From the NCBI RefSeq assembly GCF_006345805.1, contig NC_043005.1, positions 36,580,001 through 36,644,000 on the forward strand: a DNA stretch of 64,000 bases. The letters run 5' to 3'. Origin of the DNA: Octopus sinensis. Taxonomy: Eukaryota. The position numbers were made by a program, and so were the translations under genes. Positions 54,236 to 64,000 of the stretch are shown piece after piece; positions within the stretch are counted from its first letter, which is position 1, and the number at the start of each line of letters is the position of its first letter. Under the pieces are notes generated by a model. That model was not told the origin of the DNA. It worked only from the letters and a program-made list of their open reading frames with translations, and did no database searches.

Positions 54236-55068
54236 TCTACTACACATGTGGGAAATTCTGTCTGTGTGTGTGTTTGTGGAGTTATTACTAACTCCTCCTA
54301 CATCGTTTTATCGATTTTGATGAAACTGACACGTGGAGTAGAATTTATGTCTGGAAATCTCATGGCATACGCAGATTGTTGAAAAAATCGATAATAGACC
54401 CCTGGAAGGGATTCGTATATATTATAGCCAAGGAAATAACCCATTCATTTTCTAATTATTTGTAAAAATGAAATTGAGTATGCTTATTTCTTAGTATTGA
54501 ACTATTAGAGTTATTTTCGCATTTTAACCAGTAGAACCTTTAAATAAGTAAATAGTATATTCCTAAACAATAGATCCAATTATTTTGGTTAGTGATTTAT
54601 TCACGAATGTACCAAAACTAGAGTAATATTCTCTGGGAACGCACACATGCCCTTTTCAGAGCTATTTACTTTGAATTGTTATTATCTCATATCTGATTAG
54701 CCTGTTATTACGAAACATGCTTCACGATTTTAGTATACATACCTTATTAATATTTTCTCCTATGTTCTGTATACTCTGGGAACGAATTAAAGCCCTTTTT
54801 GGGGCTACTTTATTTGAATTCTTACTATCGGGTAACTAATTTTTGTTATTACATAACTGACTTCACAATTTGGGTATTCATAACTTCTTGGGAATGCCTG
54901 AAAACAAGATCCTGTGTAAGACAGTTCGGTATTCTCTATAAATGCACAAAAACCGTTTTAAGGGATACATACTTTGTATTGTTGTTATTAGAATAGCAAA
55001 ACAATTATGAGAACACGGAACCAGAGATAAACCCCGCTTTCCCTGGAATCACCGGGTACGTCAACTAG
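54236..55068 (+). mobile_element. Non-autonomous Helitron, copy 2 (tandem duplicate)
   Basis: Nearly identical to 53092-53933, with the same TC...CTAG termini. Confidence 0.8.
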
Positions 55069-55088
55069 TATGTATATATATATATATA

Positions 55089-55150
<62 letters not shown>

Positions 55151-55311
55151 GTACCCCCACCAAAAAAAAGAACAAAAACAACAACAACGCGAGGACGTGG
55201 TACATACAAAGTATTAGAAAACGCTCGAGGAAGGAGAAAATTGTGGTTTTACGCTTCGAGCAAAGTTTTTCTTCAGAAACAGAAAAAAAATCGCCAACGA
55301 TTCACATGTTT

Positions 55312-55364
<53 letters not shown>

Positions 55365-56176
55365 GTGTGTGTGTGTGTACGCATACAAATGTACATATAT
55401 ATGTATATATGTGTGTGTGTGCGTGCATTATATTTACATACAGATGTATATAAAACATATATCTATATATTTTGTATATGTATGCATGTGTGGATTTGCG
55501 TGTATAAATGTAGATACATTCACACAAATATACTGACAGAGAAAAAGTTAGCCCACATACCTATATATGGAAATTTGAACCTAGCTTTGCATCTATTTCT
55601 TGTTTGAATTATTCACTTTAGTTTTTTTTATTCCTTTTAAAAAGTCAATATAAATCATGAATGCAAAATAAATAAATAATGATCACCTGATATACAATTG
55701 ATCTTGATCTCAGGATGCTTATATAACTAATTTTAAAGGTTAATTCAACCTCATTGATTTTGTTTACATTCGGAACAAGAACAAATTTTATAGATGAGCT
55801 TCTATTGACGTTTGTATCAGTATTATGCTGGTATTTAATTATCTTCTGCGAAAAGCTGAAAATCAATCCCGATTGATCCAGAAACACTGATGAGCAAGAA
55901 GAAATAATCTATCAATCGATCAAATTTACCTACTGTTCTCTCATAACAGAGTAAAGGTTTTCCGTCTCTAAATCTCCATAACTTTCAGATGTATATGTTT
56001 GGTCGCCAGTATTTTGTCAGATTTATTCATGTCATTCGTCCATCTTGTTCATCGTCATCCTCAATTTCTTTGATGCGCTCTCGGGATCCAGTCTCTCAGC
56101 TTTTACATCTCCTGTTCCCACCCAGCATGTGGATGTGTCCAAAACGAACATATATGTTCATACATACATACATACA

Positions 56177-56210
<34 letters not shown>

Positions 56211-56321
56211 CATCTGTACACACACACATATGTATCATGTTGATGTTTATTGTGCTTATAATTAAATATACATGTCGTGTATATCTATCTATTTGTCTCT
56301 GTCTGTCTGTCTCTCTCTCTT

Positions 56322-56362
<41 letters not shown>

Positions 56363-56396
56363 GAACAAATAACTGCATATATATATATCAGAACAA

Positions 56397-56482
<86 letters not shown>

Positions 56483-58331
56483 CATATATATCAGAACGTA
56501 TTTGTTAAGACATGTGAGATTTAGTATAAATGTTACTTAAACCCAAATATAATCCTTCATTCCATTGCTCTGAGCATCTCTGCTGGGTTTTTGTAATTGG
56601 TTTATACTGAATGAAACTGAATATGAAATAGATTTAATTTAATCAATATACAAAACGTAGAAACATGATTTAAAAAAAAAAGTGATAGAGGATTATCTAT
56701 TATAGTTGACAAGAAAGAACGGAATAAGAGTCTGCTGTCGTGTTAAAAGAATGTGCAGCCAGAAATTTCTGGAAGACTCTAAGAAGAAGCGTGTAAAAGA
56801 TTTATAAAATATTTGAAGCTAAAATGTGACTGGAGTATGTAGGCCTATTAGTTCGAAATTGTTTCCTATTTCTGAGGCGTTTTAGCGACTGAGCACAGAA
56901 GATTATTCTCTGAACGGGTCTTCAGTCTGTTTAGAGGTGGTCTTTTCCAGCTGTCGATCTCGCTCCTTTTCACCAGAATGGACTAAAGAAATACGACATA
57001 GAATCCAATCCACGACCGAACGATCGTCTGTCCAACACAACTAAATACTATGGCGCACGCTTAGGGAATATGACAGAAAACTAATGTTTTAAAAAGAGAA
57101 ATGGAGGAACTAAGGAGAAAGTGATACGACAAAAAAGGAAAAACAAAAAAAAAAGAAAACCGACATAGTACGATGGGTTTTAAATTGAATATAAATCAAC
57201 CTCAGTGTTATCTGTCATATGACGGGTAACTTTGAAATATACTTTTGTCAACACAAGTGAAATTAGGAAAGGGAGCATACGTATAATAATTATAGTTTAA
57301 CTTGTATCGAATTACTTGGTGTTTATGAAAAAAGGATCAGATGAATCCTAGTTTTCAAACGATAAATATTCAATAATCCAAAATAAAATTAAATGAAACG
57401 AATTTTTTGTAACTACCCTATCAATTACCCTCTCTCCCCTCTTTCACTGTCTCTAAGGTTCTTTCTCTTTTACTCTATGTACAGCATTGCTTGCCACCGA
57501 GCCTCGTATGTATACGCATCCTGTACCTCTTATGTTAACTCTCTCTGTGTTCTTCTTCCTTGTATATATATATGATGCTAAGTATGACTGGTGTATCAAC
57601 CAATTAACTAACCAACCAAACAACTAACCAATCAACCAACCAACCAAACCAACCAACCAGCCAGCAAACGCTTATCTGCGCTATTATGATTATGTAGAGA
57701 AGATTTGTGAAGAATAACAACTCAATCCTATTTGAACAAGAAATAGGAAGGGAGATTATGTGGAAATTATCAGATATTAAACAAAACGTTGTTATTAGTT
57801 TAAGACACTGTTGGCTACTAACACAATGCCTAACCTGTTTTATAGTTTAATAGGCCAAATCTAGTTCTTGGTTCCTTCATTGGTGCTCACTATGTTGCAA
57901 GCTTTCAATGCAAAAACCGAGTTCCCCTGCTCGATCACCGATTTCAATACAAAATTCACCCCACCTGATAATTTACTATATCTAGCTGAGAATAAAATGT
58001 TTTATCAATAAACATTGTTATACCAGCCAATACAAATATTACCCGAAATAGTCAATGTGTTCAACAATCATTGTATGTTTCAGGAATTGTAACGCTCTTC
58101 CATAATACTTAACTTTGGCAGAAGTGTGAATAACGTTGTTTTCGATACAATTCTGCAATCAAATTTACTTCTGTAGTACGTCGTTCTTTGCTGCACAATT
58201 TCCTAATGAAATCTCGTGAATGTCGATAAAAGAATTACTAGAAATTTAATAGAGATGAGGCAACCGTCTATACTAACACTTCTTCTATGTAATGTGTGTC
58301 TGTATATATGTGTATACGTATGTGTGTGCAT

Positions 58332-58371
<40 letters not shown>

Positions 58372-59123
58372 TATAAAAAAGAAAACAATATCTAACTTTT
58401 CCGTATTGGGTAGAAGGTGCAGAGTTTGAGACTTGGTCCCTTTGGGTATTTCCCTTTTTTTTTAGCCTTGATTTTTGTAAACTTATACATATGCAAAACG
58501 GAATCGATACTTAATTTGGTACACATACCAGTATTATGCTGCAATCGATTCAAGCATTGCGACCATTTCCCTGCCAAAATGTTGTTTTGCCATCGAGTTC
58601 CAAAGAAATCAATATTTAACTTTGGAGCAGTCAAACTTCACGCAACCATTTTTATCATCGTAGTGAGCATTTTCTTCATTATACAAACGCTTTAGTTTAT
58701 GTCCGGTTTTTACATTGTCCATTTTCTATTTATTGATCATCAGAGGAAGGGTAAGACTGTGAGTGAGTGAGTAAACGATGTTACAACGATACTAAATAAC
58801 ATTTTAAACTTATCGGCTGACATACTTTTGCAATGTTTGTGATCTGTTTCGGTTTTCAGATGTCGATAGATAAAAATATAAATAATGTTTCGTTATTGCT
58901 TACTTTAATGTCTTTCTTTTCTCTCCATTAACATTGTACATTGACCTAATTCCCTTGGTCATTCATTATAGTCGCTATACTGGACAGCTGAAGAAGAAAT
59001 GCTTGTTTTGTATTCGACTGATAGAAACTCTGCATATATTGCAGGCGTTGGCGCTGGGCGACTTGTCTATTTCAGAACATACACATTGTTATACATATAT
59101 ACATTTAAACACGCACACACGCG

Positions 59124-59164
<41 letters not shown>

Positions 59165-59390
59165 ACACACATACATTTGTGAGTGAGTGGATAAACAAAA
59201 GAAAGGGCACTCAACACATCTATTGGGAGTTACATGCATTTTAATTCAATTTTATGTATATATATATATATGTAACAAAGAAAGATACTGAGAATAGAGA
59301 GAGATACATGTGTGCACATGCGTATATGCACATATATACTTATGCATATAACATATTTATATTTATATATGCGTGTGTTTATGTATATGC

Positions 59391-59422
<32 letters not shown>

Positions 59423-59438
59423 TTTTATATAGGAAGGA

Positions 59439-59523
59439 AGTAAATAAGGTACTCAATACATAGCAATTCCTTCTATATAATAAATTAATTTTACTCTGCT
59501 ATGTATTGAGTACCTTATTTACT
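59439..59523. repeat. Perfect 27-bp inverted repeat with 31-bp spacer
   Basis: AGTAAATAAGGTACTCAATACATAGCA (59439-59465) and TGCTATGTATTGAGTACCTTATTTACT (59497-59523). Confidence 0.95.
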
Positions 59524-59799
59524 GTGGTTAACCCCGAATCAACCCGGGACCTACATATATATATATATATATTATATATATATATATATATATGCGCAAT
59601 TGAGTATGAACGATATTATGCTATGACGCTATTTTTATATAAAAAAAGCGTACTCAATACATAACGTAAATACTGATATTTAATTATTAGACTTAGCTAC
59701 TCTTCCATTAATTCAGATTTTCACACATCATTAAAGCCATCAGTTAACGTGTCAGTCAACATCGTACTAAATAAACAAATTTGTCTTCCAAAACATTCT

Positions 59800-60320
59800 T
59801 CCTTCATACTCCATCTGGTGACTTCTTCGTCAGCAGAAAACTTGATGTAATGGAACAGTAGTCAACTGTATCGACATATATTAAGTATTTGATTGAATAG
59901 TTGGGACTTACAGCTAATTCCAACAGCAAGCATATTGTCAACTCCATTTTTGTATACATTACGTCGCGTTTTGTCTCTAAATACACATAGAATGTTTAGA
60001 TACGCTCGACTCACTGTACATCCATTTGCATCCAGCGTATTGTATACAAGGTTATCATCAGAGGTAAACCCCCTTTAGTCTTAATAACCAATTTCTAAAT
60101 GCTGGAAGACTATTTCCAATACCAGGTATTTTAATTTAGGCTAGAATATTTGCGAATAATTCATAGGAGATTTTCGTTTATTGATAGATAATTGATATAG
60201 ATAATGTTTCTCTGTTCTGCAGTTATATATCATTGCATTCCTCTATCATCAGAATCTCACCGGTATGGTTTTATTAGCAGAATGGCTTTGTCAGCGGTAA
60301 CAAATACCTTTCCTTCCTCT
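59800..60320 (-). mobile_element. Decayed Penelope-like RT fragment
   Basis: The minus strand gives VFVTADKA (cf. V.V.ADK), followed by LPAF..W and AGCK remnants. Heavily mutated. Confidence 0.45.
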
Positions 60321-60442
60321 ATACTTTCACTATTTTCCACAAATCGAACAGGAACATAATTTCATCTAAATTAACCTTGTCAGGAATTGAACCGAGAATT
60401 GTAAGCTAAACCTAATAAGAATTTTCATGTTTGTAAAGGTTC

Positions 60443-60662
60443 GTGAGCTAGTGGTTAGAGTGTTGAGATCACCGTTTTCATCCCCGGATCGGGTGGTGCG
60501 TTTGTATCCTTCAACAAAATACTTCATTTCATGTTGACGCAACCGGTTTAGACAACCTGTGACGGACTGATGTTCCGTTCTAGGGATTTATTGCGATCTC
60601 AGCCACTTATAGACCTTAGAAACCAGTTAACCAACCCTATGAGTCTAAGGACTTGAGACAGT
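60443..60662 (+). mobile_element. Degraded group D-like SINE
   Basis: CTAGTGGTTAGAGTG head, CAAAATACTTCATTTCATGTTG, AACCTGTGACGGACTG...GAAACC, and a (GAT)n tail. Confidence 0.6.
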
Positions 60663-61312
60663 AACAAACAAGAGTTGATGATGATGATTGTAAAGCAACA
60701 TGATCTGTTAGGTGACGGCTGAAACATGCGCTGAATTATTAATGCCAGGACACGAATTTAAATCATTATGTAAATGAGTTCACAATTTTCGTTCACAATT
60801 CAGTAAACCGCCTTCCGTTTTTTGGAATGTTACTTGAGTCGATCCAGTAAAAAATTATAAAATAACAAGGCCAGTCGTTTACATAAACATTGCAATTTGT
60901 AGAAAAGATTTTGTTGGGTAACTACCGGTATAAGTTTACAACGAGGCTCCATATAATCATTTCTTCGTAAACACACTAGTCCCTCTCTTTTTCTCTCCCT
61001 TGCACACACACATATGTACATACGTACAAACACACACACACATATATATAATTTATTCATGGGCGACAATACGTATATTAAAGCGCTACTAATAGTTTCA
61101 TATGTTGAGAAAACTCAAAAGTATTTTTCGGGCGCAAACCACATATCATAACGAACAAGAAAAAAATTAATAGAAGAAGCGCGAAACAATGGAGAAAGTA
61201 AGCAAAGAAAAACCAAAGCACAAAACTAAAACGTAAAAAATAAAAGGTAAAAAGGTAAAAGAGTTGTCCTCCTTAGACCTTAAATGATAAGACTGGAAAG
61301 ATATCAAGTCAG

Positions 61313-61690
61313 TCAAGAATAGGCAAAATTTTCCAATTCTTTAATATATATATATATATGCATGTACCTACTGAAATTTTTTGACCTGAAATTCAATAGA
61401 GAATTAGAGATTTTAGAGTTGAACAGGATCTGCGCTCTTTCAGCCAAAAAAAGCCTACATTTATTCGATCCATTCACATAAGGTATGGGTTTCTCAATTA
61501 CTTTCCATTTAATCACATGGTGTTTTGTTATCTTTCAAGGTCCATACATAGCTAGCTAACCTAGTAGCTTTACCATTGTCATTATGTCGGAAGGAGGCTA
61601 TGTGATTGGCTTAACGATTTTTAAATTCCCTCTCACGTAATCTAATATAGGTCGTCTTGTCAGTTGTATTACTATTTAGAGTGCAGTAAC
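61313..61690 (-). mobile_element. Penelope-like GIY-YIG endonuclease relic
   Basis: The minus strand gives TYIRLREREFKNR*ANHIASFRH...ATRLASYVWTLKD, then IKWKVIEKPIPYVNGSNKCRLFLAERAQIL...LLNFRS. Confidence 0.8.
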
Positions 61691-61832
61691 TTCTGTCTCA
61701 TATATGGTAGATGTAGTCATCATACATTGTTGGACAGGATCCTGGGTCGCGAGTGATGCAACTGGATTTAGGCTTTTGATATTGACCACACTCTGCGCTG
61801 TTCGTTGAGTATTTTCTCTTGCACATTATAAG

Positions 61833-61896
<64 letters not shown>

Positions 61897-61953
61897 ATAT
61901 ATATATATTATATATATATATATATATAATATATATATATATATGTATGTATG

Positions 61954-61988
<35 letters not shown>

Positions 61989-62039
61989 ATTTATGTATAT
62001 ATATAGCTTCAACCATTCAGCGATAGCTACAAATATGAT

Positions 62040-62950
62040 GGTACCTACGTCAATAACTGTAGATTGTTCTTTTAGACGTTGCTAAAACTACAGATATTAC
62101 TGTAATGTTACTTTTGTTTTTAACCCCAACTTTATGTGATCGAAAAGTCCTATAATCAACGAAATTCCAAACATGATCACCTTTAGTTTTATTACTGTCA
62201 GTAATAATATACCGTAGACTACATTATGCAATGTATCGAGCTTTATTTTTGATACAGTAGCGTAGGATTTTATGGAGCCTTGGCTGGTATTTATGAGCGA
62301 CCATCTCCAGCCTCCTTCATTACCGATGTTATTGTTGAGAAGGGAAGTCACAGCTGGTTTAACACGAATAACAGCCACATTTTTGTAGAAGAGTAGGGTA
62401 AAGGAAAAAACAAACAATTAGGTTAAAACACAAGAGGGATAAAGAAGACAGAAAAATAAATGCACGCAACGATTAAAGAGAAGGGAACGAAATGAATATG
62501 AGAAAGAGTGTTTGATTGAAAAATTACTAAAATAAAACAAGCTTGTTTAGCTAAACGCCATATTGGTGCATATTTTAGTAGCTTGTGCAATTTCCTGTTA
62601 GTGAAATGAATAATTTTAACAGCACGTGAAACATCCGGTTGTTGCAAAGTTTGATATTTACTGAAGTTAGTGGCACAGAAACAACCTTTGAAAATTTTAA
62701 AATTTTAAAATTGCGATGTAGTTGTTTGTGCCAGTAGTTTAAATTGAGACATCGAATTTCTGTGTTTTTTAAAGTAAAACTATTAAACGTAAGAGAGAAG
62801 CAAATATGGATGCGGTATATTTCTATTGTATTAATAATAGAGCTTCTATGATAAAAAGAATAGCCGAATCTCCCTGAATGTTTATCAGTCTGCTTTAAAA
62901 TTTGACGCATTACATAGGGTAGACTACGGCACACAGTTTCTAAAACTAGA
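62040..62950 (-). mobile_element. Decayed Penelope-like N-terminal/RT fragment
   Basis: The minus strand gives TNRKLHKLLKYAPIWR (cf. N.KLR.LL.KGP.YR) and an IP..LHK remnant. Boundaries are approximate. Confidence 0.4.
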
Positions 62951-64000
62951 TTTCACAGTCAATGAATCAAAACACTTTGGTCATAGACAGATCTGGGAAT
63001 AAACAATAGCAAAAACATCAAATGGGATTTAGTAATCGTCTTCGAAGACAGAAAAAGAAACAAAATCGATTTGAAATCAGAACATTTAAATATATCCGTT
63101 TATTACAGGTTTTTGGTCGCCCCCACCCATCAGGTAGCAAAAACCACCGTGATGAATAAATCAGTGACGCGCCAAGTGGTCCTTAGCATTGTGGATGGTT
63201 ACTGGGGCGTATTTTCGTAATCCAAGCAGTATTTGTGACTGATTTCCATCCTTCCCCAATCAATTTCTGATAAATGCAACACGGTTCACAATAAGCATAC
63301 CATGTTATCCTGGATCAGTGATGAGAGAGTTGTGATAAATGTAGATAGACGTACTGAATGAAATATTTCGAATCCTCAATTCCGGATGTCTACTTTCTCT
63401 GTAGCTATGTATATGAAAATTTCTATTGTGAAATATGGGAAATCTACGCAATATACCAATGGCAGGGAATTGTTTTTTTTCAATAATCAAGTTAGAAGTT
63501 CATGTACTCAATGTAGTTTGCTAAAAAACTCAAATTATTGAAATTGTATTCTAATCTATAAATTTTAGCACTTTTTATTTTCATATTAAATTCCGATATA
63601 ATCGTTATCTACACACTATGAAAGGTAGTTGTTGAAATTTTCGTAAAAAAATACCTGTGTGAGTTTTCTGAAATTCCTTTCGCCACTTCCCCCAAAAAAT
63701 CTTTTCACTACGAAGTCAGAATCTACACCATATGAAACATATATGTAGAAAAGTTCTCTGAAAAATATCCAATTGCCTGGAAATTATGAGGAAACATTTG
63801 TGTATGTGTGCCTAAAGCTTTAATATAAGTAACACTAATTTTAACACAGATAGTACTAATATTATGATGCTATTATATATCAACATATATGCTTGCTTCG
63901 CTCTGCATGTTATATATAAACAAAGAATATACTTCTTTCGTTCGATTAGTATCAAAATGGTGACAATTATTGTCACCATGAATGAAATGGCCTCAATTTT

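Noticed and set aside
55887-55910. CTGATGAG...GAAA hammerhead-like core
   Set aside because: There is no stem II pairing (GCAAGAA) and no stem I or stem III.

Overview
This is AT-rich eukaryotic DNA, very dense in microsatellites. The repeat families suggest an octopus or other coleoid cephalopod (inference). I cannot call any host protein-coding gene: almost all ORF-track entries are translated microsatellites, and the window looks intronic or intergenic. It contains four tRNA-derived SINE groups, a young 5'-truncated R4/Dong-type LINE plus three older relics, a Tx1/L1-like 3' fragment, several decayed Penelope-like fragments, three non-autonomous Helitrons (two inside a 1.1-kb tandem duplication) and a hAT-like MITE. 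The most striking feature is a canonical type I hammerhead ribozyme (core 7375-7415, +) at the apex of a ~170-nt rod-like hairpin. Downstream on the same strand are two candidate zero-length recursive splice sites (8345/8346 and 10646/10647). Other observations: degenerate minimal hammerheads in (TA)n-flanked repeats, a fold-back palindrome centred on (TA)n, a microsatellite inversion at a Dong junction, and inverted SINE pairs. All calls come from reading the sequence by eye; no searches were run.
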